Assembly (NCBI GenBank): GCA_964590575.1
Contig: CAZPWM010000031.1
Span: 1 to 33,233 of the forward strand
Direction: 5' to 3'
Length of the DNA stretch: 33,233 nt
Origin: an uncultured archaeon
GTDB lineage: Archaea > Asgardarchaeota > Thorarchaeia > Thorarchaeales > Thorarchaeaceae
Shown: one piece after another, positions 16,634 to 25,674 of the stretch
How the letters are laid out: each line of letters starts with the position of its first letter
Numbering within the stretch: position 1 is the first letter of the stretch
Program-made: the position numbers and the translations under genes
The notes under the pieces: generated by a model
What the model was told of the DNA's origin: nothing
Seen by the model: only the letters and a program-made list of their open reading frames with translations
Databases searched by the model: none

Positions 16634-18292
16634 ATGCAAAGAAACCAAGTAATAGCTGTAGTACTCATTATAGTGATAGTTGGTAGCGTAGCCGGGTACA
16701 TCTACTTCTTTGGACCTACGCCGGAGGCTATCATAGTAATGGGAACTACTGACTCGGTTGAAACCAGCCTTGATCCTGCCCAAGCCTATGATTATTTTGG
16801 ATGGGAGATGATTATGTCTCTTAGTTCAGGCTTGGTGGATATAGAACCGGGGTCGCAAGCAGGCCCAGATGACATACAACCTGCGTTAGCGGCTAGCTGG
16901 GTAATGAGTTCAAACGGATTGTACTGGGACTTCGTCCTTAGGCAGAATGTGCTATATGAGGACGGGAGAGAGTTCAATGCTACAGATGTCAAGTACACTT
17001 TCGATCGCAACTGTAATCTTACAGGCGATGGCTTGTTGGAGGAAGATGGTGCACAACTAGCTCTTGAGTATCATCTGATCATAAAGAACGTGACAGTCAC
17101 AGGTGAGTTCGCGGTCAGATTCAACTTGTATCAACCATTTGCTCCATTCTTACAGCTACTGTCCTGTCAAGCATCCTACATAGTTGATAGAGTGCATGCA
17201 CCAAAGGCGGAGCTTGTACAGTTTACTAGTGGTGACGCTCGTGCCAGTCATCCATGTGGGCTCGGTCCGTTCATTTTGGAGAACTGGACCAGAAGTGGAG
17301 GCGCAGATGTAGAGTTTCGTCTCAGGAAGAATCCCAACTACTGGAATGCTGCAGAAGGCTATCCAAAAACGGATATGATAGTCATCAAGAAATATGCTGA
17401 CCCCGCTGCGCTCGGGACAGCAATGGATTCTGGTGACATCGATATTGCCTACCGACAACTGACAGCTCAGCAGATTCACAGTTTCCAGAGTGACCCAGAC
17501 GTTCGCGTCTGGAAAGGAGTGGGAGCGCAAATACAGTACATGTGCTTCGACCAGAAGTTCTACCCATTCAACGAAACAGCAGTTAGGCAAGGAATAGCTG
17601 CCGCCTTCAATAGGACCAACGTCTGTAGTACAGTCTTTCTCGGCGACTTTTCACCTCTATACACCATCGTTCCAGAGGGGATGGCATATCACAGACCATC
17701 CTTCGAGGTCTACGGGGAAGCTAACTACACATTCACGCAGTCTCAGCTGGCACTCTTCGGTTACAACTCGACAAACAAGCTAGTCATAGAGTTCTACTAT
17801 GAGAACTCTGGACACTATCCGCAGAGTCCTCAGCAGGCAGCTGTGTACAAGACCGACCTTGAGGCGAGTGGAGTCATTACGGTGAACCTCCATGGTCTGG
17901 ATTGGGCCGCATATAAAACTCAGAGAGATGCAGAAACCATGCCTATGTACATGTATGGCTGGTATCCTGACTACATAGATCCAGACAACTATGCATTCTT
18001 ACCGTTTGCAACATGGCTTCACATGAACTATGACAAGGACACTCTACCGGGCGGTGCTGCGCAGTACGATCTATGGATCGACGGTCGAACAGCATCTACT
18101 TCTGCAGGAAGACAGACAGCATATTATGACTTGCAAGACCTGCAGGCAGAGGAGTGCTCGGTGATACCACTTTGGCAGAGTGACACCACAGCTGTTACAA
18201 AGCCAACAATACATGGAGTGGTGCTCGACATCACAGTAAGCTGGCGTCATTGGCTCATATATCTCGGAAGCTCAGCAACCACTGGTCCGTAA
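16634..18292 (+). CDS. dppA: ABC transporter substrate-binding protein, family 5 (DppA/OppA-like)
   Basis: N-terminal TM anchor; motifs SLDPAQAYD, PALAASW, FVLRQNVLYEDGREFNATDVKYTF, GLGPF and GWYPDYIDPDNY. Confidence 0.92.
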   Translation: MQRNQVIAVVLIIVIVGSVAGYIYFFGPTPEAIIVMGTTDSVETSLDPAQAYDYFGWEMIMSLSSGLVDIEPGSQAGPDDIQPALAASWVMSSNGLYWDFVLRQNVLYEDGREFNATDVKYTFDRNCNLTGDGLLEEDGAQLALEYHLIIKNVTVTGEFAVRFNLYQPFAPFLQLLSCQASYIVDRVHAPKAELVQFTSGDARASHPCGLGPFILENWTRSGGADVEFRLRKNPNYWNAAEGYPKTDMIVIKKYADPAALGTAMDSGDIDIAYRQLTAQQIHSFQSDPDVRVWKGVGAQIQYMCFDQKFYPFNETAVRQGIAAAFNRTNVCSTVFLGDFSPLYTIVPEGMAYHRPSFEVYGEANYTFTQSQLALFGYNSTNKLVIEFYYENSGHYPQSPQQAAVYKTDLEASGVITVNLHGLDWAAYKTQRDAETMPMYMYGWYPDYIDPDNYAFLPFATWLHMNYDKDTLPGGAAQYDLWIDGRTASTSAGRQTAYYDLQDLQAEECSVIPLWQSDTTAVTKPTIHGVVLDITVSWRHWLIYLGSSATTGP

Positions 18293-18304
18293 CATCTAAA
18301 GGTA

Positions 18305-18367
18305 GGTGCTACCAGTCCTGAAGAAACCTAATTCTGTAATTGGGTTTCAACAACGGATGGTAGCACC
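18305..18367 (+). other. Long intergenic stem-loop after the SBP gene
   Basis: Outer stem ggtgctacca/tggtagcacc and inner stem gaaacctaatt/aattgggtttc. Confidence 0.65.
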
Positions 18368-18401
18368 AATGATTTCTTTCATTGATTGTGGGTGATTTGG
18401 A

Positions 18402-19418
18402 ATGACTCTGAGGTCCTACGTAGCAAGCCGTATACTACTTACTATTCCCATGATTATGTTTCTTCTCACATTTGTGTTTGTTATAATTAGAATCCTCCCG
18501 GGAGACCCTGCTGCTCTCCACTTCGAGAAGAACGTCACTCCCGAAGTTCTCCAAGCTTTCAAGGAGTCACTAGGTCTCGACAAACCTCTCCTTGAACAAT
18601 ACTTTGACTATCTTATTGGCTTGTTCCATGGAGATCTTGGTCTCTCGATGCAAGATTATTCGCCCATCAGTGAGCACTTAGTTTCACGCTTTCCAGTGAC
18701 CCTAGAGTTGAGTCTATATTCTATACTCTTCGCTATCCTGCTAGGAGTAGCGCTCGGGGTAAAGGCATCGAAGAACTACGACTCAACCAGTGATCACTCC
18801 ATTAGGCTCTTCGGGATTATCACCTACGCAATTCCCGTCTTCTTTCTAGGAATGGTTCTTCAATTCATCTTTGGAATCTGGTTGAATGTGTTACCAACAG
18901 GAGGGTCATGGGATTCACATTTCAATTACCTAAAACCTCCGACTATTACCGGAATGGTCACAATCGACAGTCTTCTCACTGGTAACTTTTACGGATTTTT
19001 ATTGGGAATGAGATACCTCATTCTGCCTTCAATCACTCTGGGCACAGTACTATGCGGCATTTTCATCAGATTGACCCGCACTAACATGATGGAAACTCTG
19101 AGGACCGACTTTGTCGTTGCCGCTCGTGCAAGAGGACTCTCAGAAAATACAGTGACATACAGATACGCTTTGAAGAACGCGTTTCTTCCAATCTTGACAA
19201 TGATTGGACTACAGGTTGCTGCACTCCTTGCAGGAGCTATCCTCACTGAAACCACATTCAGCATTGATGGGATGGGCAGCTATCTCGTAGCGAGGATTAA
19301 CCGACGTGATTACACTGCTATTCAAGGTGCTGTTGTTCTGTTTGGCCTTTTGGTAAGTCTTGTGAGTCTTGTGGTAGACTTGATCTATGCGTACCTCGAC
19401 CCGAGAATAAGACTATAG
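18402..19418 (+). CDS. dppB: Peptide/nickel ABC permease
   Basis: Motifs PGDPA, LGLDKPLLEQY, GDLGLS, EAA loop DFVVAARARGL and YAYLDPRIR. Confidence 0.95.
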   Translation: MTLRSYVASRILLTIPMIMFLLTFVFVIIRILPGDPAALHFEKNVTPEVLQAFKESLGLDKPLLEQYFDYLIGLFHGDLGLSMQDYSPISEHLVSRFPVTLELSLYSILFAILLGVALGVKASKNYDSTSDHSIRLFGIITYAIPVFFLGMVLQFIFGIWLNVLPTGGSWDSHFNYLKPPTITGMVTIDSLLTGNFYGFLLGMRYLILPSITLGTVLCGIFIRLTRTNMMETLRTDFVVAARARGLSENTVTYRYALKNAFLPILTMIGLQVAALLAGAILTETTFSIDGMGSYLVARINRRDYTAIQGAVVLFGLLVSLVSLVVDLIYAYLDPRIRL

Positions 19419-19429
19419 GAGGACAAAAG

Positions 19430-20698
19430 ATGAAACAGGATGCTATTGTAAAGGGAATCTTTCTGCGCATAGGTCCAATGAAGGAGTCTCTTCGACACCA
19501 GTCAACGAAGTGGTGGGTAGGTTTTGGAGCGGTCATCATAAGCGCCGTGGTGCTTCTAATCGGTTTGATTTCCTTAGCCGCAGTGTCCAATAGTGGGATT
19601 GGACTTCAGTCTGTTGCGATTTCACTCGCCTTTGCTGCAGTCTTGCTGTTCGTCACCACATTAGCGAAACGATTAGATTCGGGGAGATGGACTGAACGTA
19701 GACCGGTACTTTGGTTTGTACCCTTGGGCGCGATAGCCATGATGGATGTGGTAGTCTCACTTGGTCTTCTTCTCGCACAAGAAGAGTGGTTACGTTTCAC
19801 TGTGGAGATAACATTCGCAGGAGTAATACTTGGGATTATTCTACTCCTCTACACCGAGGGTTACCCACTTCTGCGGGATAGAGGCTCAGCGGGGTTCATA
19901 ACAATCGCAGGACTTACACTGGTGTTTCTGATACTCTATATGACCGCCATATCCGATTGGATTGTTCCATATGCTCCGTTTGATATCAACGTTGGTGGTA
20001 TACTCGCTGCTCCATCGCCAAGGTTTCCACTTGGAACTACTGACCTTGGTCAAGACCTCCTGAGTCGTGTCATCGCAGGAGGCGCGATCATGCTACAGGT
20101 GGCGGCAATCTCTGTGGCAGTCTGTTTCGTTATTGGGATTCCTGTGGGGCTATTAGCTTCATACAAAGGTGGAGTCCTGGACAGGATTGTTTCGCTGGTC
20201 ATGGATAGCCTCTTTGCATTCCCGGGTCTGGTATTGGCGATAGCTCTTGCTGCAATGCTAGGGGCAGGTGTTGTCAACATGGCCTTGGCCATTGCAGTCG
20301 TGTACATTCCATCATACTTCAGGGTAGTGAGAAGCCAGGTCCTTACCGTGAGAGAGCTACCCTATGTCGAGGCTGCAATTGTATTGGGCGCAACCGACCG
20401 TGAAGTGCTCCTCCGCTATATCCTACCCAATGTGCTACCCTCAGCAGTGGTGGTTATGTCAATCAACTTCGCTGATGCCATATTGACAGCTGCAGGTTTG
20501 ACATTTGTTGGGCTTGGATTGGGTATAGATATCACTGATTGGGGTCGGGACCTCACTACTGGTGCACAATACCTCAATGTCGTCCATGCATGGTGGGTCA
20601 TTTCCTTTCCTGGGCTCATGATTATCATTCTAGCTCTTGGATTTACATTGACGGGCGAGGGACTCAGTGAAATCCTCACGCCAAAACTAAGGGAGTAA
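19430..20698 (+). CDS. dppC: Peptide/nickel ABC permease with an extra N-terminal membrane domain
   Basis: Motifs PLGTTDLGQDLLSR, YVEAAIVLGA, YILPN and WWVISFPG; 422 aa. Confidence 0.93.
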   Translation: MKQDAIVKGIFLRIGPMKESLRHQSTKWWVGFGAVIISAVVLLIGLISLAAVSNSGIGLQSVAISLAFAAVLLFVTTLAKRLDSGRWTERRPVLWFVPLGAIAMMDVVVSLGLLLAQEEWLRFTVEITFAGVILGIILLLYTEGYPLLRDRGSAGFITIAGLTLVFLILYMTAISDWIVPYAPFDINVGGILAAPSPRFPLGTTDLGQDLLSRVIAGGAIMLQVAAISVAVCFVIGIPVGLLASYKGGVLDRIVSLVMDSLFAFPGLVLAIALAAMLGAGVVNMALAIAVVYIPSYFRVVRSQVLTVRELPYVEAAIVLGATDREVLLRYILPNVLPSAVVVMSINFADAILTAAGLTFVGLGLGIDITDWGRDLTTGAQYLNVVHAWWVISFPGLMIIILALGFTLTGEGLSEILTPKLRE

Positions 20699-20703
20699 AC
20701 ACA

Positions 20704-21711
20704 TTGACTGACCTTTTAAAAATCGAGGACTTGATTGTTGAATACAAGACCCGTCGTGGTGCCGCTAGAGGAGTAGACAGAATATCTCTTAAGCTTCAGA
20801 AAAACAAGACTCTCGGCTTAGCAGGAGAGAGCGGTTGCGGAAAGTCCACTCTTGGACGAGCTATAATCAATCTTGTTCCTCACCCTGGGAAAATTCTTTC
20901 CGGAAACATAATCCTGAATCTGGACGAGGACGTTCCATACGAGGGTGGCATAATCAGTACGGGTGAGGTGAACATACCTTATCTCGGTGAGAAGGAGATG
21001 AGGGCTCTTCGAGGAAAAGAGATTGCATACATCTTCCAAGATCCTATGACCTCCCTGAATCCGATGGTGAGCATAGGTAGTCACTATGTTGAAACTATCC
21101 AAGCACATGAACCTGATGTTGAAAAGGAGGAGGCGCTTGAGAGAGGATCTAAAATGCTCGAGAGTCTTGGTATTCTGGCTGAACGCATCAAAGACTATCC
21201 GCACCAGTTCAGTGGAGGAATGCGTCAGCGGGTAATGGTGGGTCTAGGTCTGGTCCTAAAACCCACGTTGCTAATCGCGGATGAACCTACAACGTCCCTT
21301 GATGTTGTAGTAGAGGCGCAGATACTTCGAGAAATGGCCGAGCTGAAAGAGAAGTTCAACCTCACAATGATTCTGATAACACACAACCTTGGAGTGTTAG
21401 CTCAAACTGCTGACAGCATAGCGGTGGTTTATTGTGGGAGGGTTGCTGAGTTGGCATCCACTGAGGCACTCTTCGAAGCCCCAAAGCATCCCTATACACA
21501 AGCACTTCTTCAGTCCGTCCCAGATGTGACCAAACCGGATAAGAAACTTACCTGGATACCTGGTGCCCCGCCGGATTTGACGCATCTCTTTCCGGGTTGC
21601 GTGTACAATCCAAGATGTCCTCATGCAATGGAAATTTGCAGGAGCGTGCAACCCCCACTCATCGAAGTAGACGACAGCAGTTTAGTAGCATGTCATCTCT
21701 ATGGAGGCTAG
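20704..21711 (+). CDS. dppD: Peptide ABC ATP-binding subunit
   Basis: Motifs GESGCGKS, FQDPMTSLNP, YPHQFSGGMRQR and IADEPTT; C-terminal Cys cluster GCVYNPRC...C...VACH. Confidence 0.95.
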   Translation: MTDLLKIEDLIVEYKTRRGAARGVDRISLKLQKNKTLGLAGESGCGKSTLGRAIINLVPHPGKILSGNIILNLDEDVPYEGGIISTGEVNIPYLGEKEMRALRGKEIAYIFQDPMTSLNPMVSIGSHYVETIQAHEPDVEKEEALERGSKMLESLGILAERIKDYPHQFSGGMRQRVMVGLGLVLKPTLLIADEPTTSLDVVVEAQILREMAELKEKFNLTMILITHNLGVLAQTADSIAVVYCGRVAELASTEALFEAPKHPYTQALLQSVPDVTKPDKKLTWIPGAPPDLTHLFPGCVYNPRCPHAMEICRSVQPPLIEVDDSSLVACHLYGG

Positions 21712-21714
21712 GAA

Positions 21715-22692
21715 TTGGGTCTCATAGAATTCAAACGAGTCAAGAAGTACTTCCCAATTCAGAGAGGATTTCTCGAATCCATCTTCACGAAGGAAAAAAC
21801 CTTCGTAAGGGCGGTGGATGATGTTTCCTTCAGTATTGCCAAAGGAGAGGTTCTCGGTTTGGTGGGAGAAAGCGGGTCTGGAAAGACAACCACAGGTCGT
21901 CTCTGTGTTCGTCTGATTGCGCCAACCGACGGGCAGATTCTCTATGAGGGAAAGGACATAGCTAAGCTCCACGGTAAGGACCTGAGATTAATCAGGAGAA
22001 GGCTCCAATTTACCTTCCAAGATCCAACATCCTCACTTAATCCGCGAATGTCGATAGGAAACGCCATTGCGGATGCAATGCGACTACAGGGCATCGGAAC
22101 GTCCGATGAAAGGAAGGCAAGAACGGAAGAGATCCTAGAGCGCGTGGGGCTCTCACCAGTTTCTACCTTCTACAATAGGCTGCCGCATCAGCTATCCGGT
22201 GGACAGAAACAGCGGGTAGTTTTCGCAAGAGCCACGATACTGAATCCTGAGTTTGTTGTCACTGATGAACCCGTGGCAATGGTAGATGTGTCAATCAAGG
22301 CGCAGATTCTAGAGTTGATGATGGACCTCAAGAAAGAATTTGATCTTACCTACCTCTTCATCACTCATGATCTCGCTACTGCGCGGCATGTCTGCGACAG
22401 AATAGCTGTGATGTATCTGGGCAGGATAGTGGAGGTGGCTGACAGAAATCGTATCTACGATGACCCCTTACATCCATACTCTGTAGGTCTTATGAAAGCG
22501 ATACCTGTTCCTAATCCGAAGGTGAAATCAGAAGCTGTTCTACAGGGCGAGATTCCAAGCCCAATAGATCCTCCCACTGGGTGCAGATTTCATCCGAGAT
22601 GTCCAAAAGCCTTTGCGAGATGTCCAGTGGAGGAACCAGAGCTCACGGACGTTGGGGAAGATCGACAGGTTGCATGTCACTTGTACTCATAA
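21715..22692 (+). CDS. dppF: Peptide ABC ATP-binding subunit
   Basis: Motifs GESGSGKT, PHQLSGGQKQR and GEIPSPIDPPTGCRFHPRC...VACH. Confidence 0.95.
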   Translation: MGLIEFKRVKKYFPIQRGFLESIFTKEKTFVRAVDDVSFSIAKGEVLGLVGESGSGKTTTGRLCVRLIAPTDGQILYEGKDIAKLHGKDLRLIRRRLQFTFQDPTSSLNPRMSIGNAIADAMRLQGIGTSDERKARTEEILERVGLSPVSTFYNRLPHQLSGGQKQRVVFARATILNPEFVVTDEPVAMVDVSIKAQILELMMDLKKEFDLTYLFITHDLATARHVCDRIAVMYLGRIVEVADRNRIYDDPLHPYSVGLMKAIPVPNPKVKSEAVLQGEIPSPIDPPTGCRFHPRCPKAFARCPVEEPELTDVGEDRQVACHLYS

Positions 22693-22750
22693 CACAGGAA
22701 TACGACCTACGAGTGCATCTATCAGATGCCATTTCAATTAATTCGGTCAT

Positions 22751-22849
22751 TTCAGCACGACTGGTCTTTTGCTATTAGCCGGAGGCGGAGCTGAAGCAGT
22801 TGTGCTTAATGTTGCAGTGATTGTCTTTACGAAGAAACGTGGTGGATGA
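22751..22849 (+). pseudogene. Possible remnant encoding a C-terminal membrane anchor
   Basis: Start-less frame FSTTGLLLLAGGGAEAVVLNVAVIVFTKKRGG*, a hydrophobic run with a basic tail, ends exactly at a terminator. Confidence 0.45.
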
Positions 22850-22881
22850 GAGAGGGTATTCCTCTCTCCTCTTTTCTTTTT
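22848..22881 (+). terminator. Hairpin plus U-tract terminator downstream of the dpp operon
   Basis: gagagagg-gtatt-cctctctc followed by ctcttttcttttt. Confidence 0.75.
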
Positions 22882-22905
22882 CCTCACAAAGGTGGCGAAA
22901 TCGCT

Positions 22906-23337
22906 TCACGATGGTGTTGTAGTTCTACTCGTAGCAAAATAGTACGCGACTACAGATGCTACAAAGCCGCCCAGCAATCCCATGATTGCGCCAAATTTGT
23001 CTAGCTCAAGCTGGTTGAACACGGTCATCACAACGACAAGTGTGAACAGTCCAAAGATCCAGACCGCCAACACAGTCCTCATATTCTTACGCAGACTCAG
23101 CAGCTGCACTGCACTTTCACCTGCTTTCTGGAGTGTCTGAATTGTTGTTAGGACTAGTGCTTCATTTACAACGATAATGAAACCAATGCCCAATCCCAAT
23201 CCAATTCCAAGTACAAAAACTGCGGTGGTGATTGTGTCAGTTAAAAACCATAGAAACACAACAATCAGTGTGAGCAACCAACCAACAACAAACCAACCTA
23301 CCTGAGCAGTCCTCTGGTGTAAATTCGTTTCTGCCAT
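22906..23337 (-). CDS. Hypothetical membrane protein (4 TM)
   Basis: Two pairs of hydrophobic helices; ends GGFVASVVAYYFATS. Confidence 0.75.
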   Translation of the reverse strand: MAETNLHQRTAQVGWFVVGWLLTLIVVFLWFLTDTITTAVFVLGIGLGLGIGFIIVVNEALVLTTIQTLQKAGESAVQLLSLRKNMRTVLAVWIFGLFTLVVVMTVFNQLELDKFGAIMGLLGGFVASVVAYYFATSRTTTPS

Positions 23338-23487
23338 CTTCTATCCCCGTCCATTGCATCCCTATTCAAAAGTAAACATCCCTTCCTAAAACGTCTTTCT
23401 CCTTCCCTCCTTCCTTTCTGGAGCAGGAATAGTGAATCTTCAGGACCTCTCTAATGCATTGGAAGCTCAACCTAGATAGATATCGTT

Positions 23488-25104
23488 TCAGTTGAAACTC
23501 GAGTCATCCAAAATCTCAATTTGGAACATCTTGGCATCATTCCAGAGTTCGCATGTCTTATACAGACCCCAAAGATATGTCCCATCCCATGTTATTCCAG
23601 AGATCCCTCGTGCAACATCGTAGACTTTACCCTCAACAATTCCATCCTTTGTAAATGCAAAGAGGTGGTTTCCAGTTCCAGTCCAGAAATGCGTTCCATT
23701 CCAGGTGATTGGTCCGACAAGATCCAAAGGCATCGAAATTTCCCTGTTGATAGTCCCATTCTTGAACAGCTCAAACATCTTATTGCCTGCCCTATTTGGC
23801 ACATATAGGTAAGTTCCATCGGTTGACAGGCTTTGACGTGCACCAGTTTCATTTTCTGGAATGTCGAACGAGTCATAAATTGTGACCGCAGTCGCATTGA
23901 CCTTGAACTTGACAATCTTCAACAGAGAATGGTCCTGAGTCCAGAAGTACTCCCCATCATAACAGAGACCTCTTGGTCCTAGGATTTTGGATGTGTCCAC
24001 CGAAAATGTGGTGTTAGTACCTGTTATGGAATCAATCCGGACCAATTCACCCGAGCCAAGCTTCCAGAGGAATCCATTCGCGTATTCAAATGCCCAACCA
24101 AAACCGAATCCTAATCCAATTCTGTTGACTACACGACGAGTTTCATCCTCAGAGGGATATACATACATGTATTTGTCCTCTGGGTCACCAGGAGTATAAC
24201 CAAGAACATAGTTTCTGACATCAAGATAATCGAGAACAGGAATGGGAACAGAACCATTGCCAAAATCGTTGTTGGCTGTAACTAGAATACTCATCGGCAT
24301 TAGTTTCAAAATGGCTGTATCATTATTGAAACCATCAAACTTGTTACCTGTCACATTTGCTTCTGCTGTACCGGCAATAGAAACCGCTGGTGATGCTGAA
24401 GTATTATAATTATAGAAGTAATTTCCTTCCACTGTGACTGATGAGTCAAAGATGATAAGAGGTACATGACCTCCAGCAAAGATATTGTTTCGTATCTGAA
24501 CGTCATAGTTGTACTGTTCAAGGGCTATCTCATGGTAGCCATTTCCATACAACAGATTGTATTCAATGACTGGCGAGGAGCGTTCCATATAGATCCCCTC
24601 TGCATTTACCCATCGCACAATTGAGTGGCTGATATTGGCTTTCGAATCGAACTGAGAGATTCCAAGACCTGAGAACTCTACTATTACATATTTGAAAACA
24701 GTTGTATTGGTGTTGTATAGTTCGATTCCACTCCAATCACCATTGATGGGAGTTTCAGTATCTGATGTAAACCATATCTGTTGCTCGGGGGTTCCAATAG
24801 CACGTACAGTACCTCCTACCACCGCAAATCCCACTGTCCGTTGATCCTTGTAATCCCGACTAGGTGCAAACATAATTCTAGTACCGGGAAGGATTGTTAG
24901 TGTGACTCCAGTTGGTACAACAATTGAAGCATTCACGAATATTGATCCAGACCATGTTTCATCCTGAAGTATAGTTCCACCCTTGAAAACAGGTTGGTCT
25001 TCTGTTTCTGGAGATAGTATATAGAAGCAGGTAAAGGCTGATGCGCCTAAAATAGCAATTATGATCAAAATCGACAAGACCTGTTTCCTATCCAAAATCA
25101 ACAT
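23488..25104 (-). CDS. Membrane-anchored surface protein with a right-handed beta-helix and C-terminal beta-propeller-like repeats
   Basis: N-terminal TM; DETWSG...VPTGVTLTILPGT...GTPEQQIWFTS...GDWSGI; I.NN.F repeats; then GLCYDGEYFW, LSTDGTYLY, ITWNGTHFW and ITWDGTYLW repeats. Confidence 0.85.
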   Translation of the reverse strand: MLILDRKQVLSILIIIAILGASAFTCFYILSPETEDQPVFKGGTILQDETWSGSIFVNASIVVPTGVTLTILPGTRIMFAPSRDYKDQRTVGFAVVGGTVRAIGTPEQQIWFTSDTETPINGDWSGIELYNTNTTVFKYVIVEFSGLGISQFDSKANISHSIVRWVNAEGIYMERSSPVIEYNLLYGNGYHEIALEQYNYDVQIRNNIFAGGHVPLIIFDSSVTVEGNYFYNYNTSASPAVSIAGTAEANVTGNKFDGFNNDTAILKLMPMSILVTANNDFGNGSVPIPVLDYLDVRNYVLGYTPGDPEDKYMYVYPSEDETRRVVNRIGLGFGFGWAFEYANGFLWKLGSGELVRIDSITGTNTTFSVDTSKILGPRGLCYDGEYFWTQDHSLLKIVKFKVNATAVTIYDSFDIPENETGARQSLSTDGTYLYVPNRAGNKMFELFKNGTINREISMPLDLVGPITWNGTHFWTGTGNHLFAFTKDGIVEGKVYDVARGISGITWDGTYLWGLYKTCELWNDAKMFQIEILDDSSFN

Positions 25105-25209
25105 CTCCTTGAAGCCATTTGAGATGCGATCTACATATTTGTGTTTTTGCTCAAATATCGAGTGCTACATTATGAATGAAGGACTTATCTTTTCAAAGAC
25201 AATATTGAA

Positions 25210-25662
25210 ATGGGCGTGCAGGAACTCAAAAGGAAAGCAGGAAGAATTGTGAGCAGGATGGATGACACTCAAAGAGAGACATTGTTTCTGACGATTAAAG
25301 CTGTAATCGATGGAATAATTATGGACAAGAGAGAGAATCCAAAAAACACCAAGAGACTAGATTCTTTCGAGGGTAGAATCAATATCGGACTACATGTTGA
25401 AGAAAATGAGATACTGTGGATAAATCTCATCGCAAAAGACGGAAACTACCTTGTTTCAAAAGATGCTCTTGAGAAATATGATTTGGAGTTGATTTCGGAC
25501 CCAGAGGACCTCATGTTCTTCTGCAATGGTCAATATTCGGTCATGCATATGATGGTGAAGAAAAATCGGTTTGGTAAGAGAAAACTTCGATTCAAAGGAA
25601 GAGCATACGGTAAACTCCTTGCACTACCTAAGATATTAGTGCTTGACAAGAAAAAACAGTGA
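25210..25662 (+). CDS. Hypothetical protein, probable SCP2-like fold
   Basis: C-terminal DLELISDPEDLMFFCNGQYSVMHMM...KLRFKG...KLL resembles the SCP2 pattern D..I......L..G..S...A....KL...G. Confidence 0.6.
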   Translation: MGVQELKRKAGRIVSRMDDTQRETLFLTIKAVIDGIIMDKRENPKNTKRLDSFEGRINIGLHVEENEILWINLIAKDGNYLVSKDALEKYDLELISDPEDLMFFCNGQYSVMHMMVKKNRFGKRKLRFKGRAYGKLLALPKILVLDKKKQ

Positions 25663-25674
25663 GAGGAATAGTAA

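Noticed and set aside
18305-18367. Hairpin considered as a SECIS or PYLIS element
   Set aside because: No neighbouring gene has an in-frame TGA or TAG interrupting a conserved domain; all appear full length.
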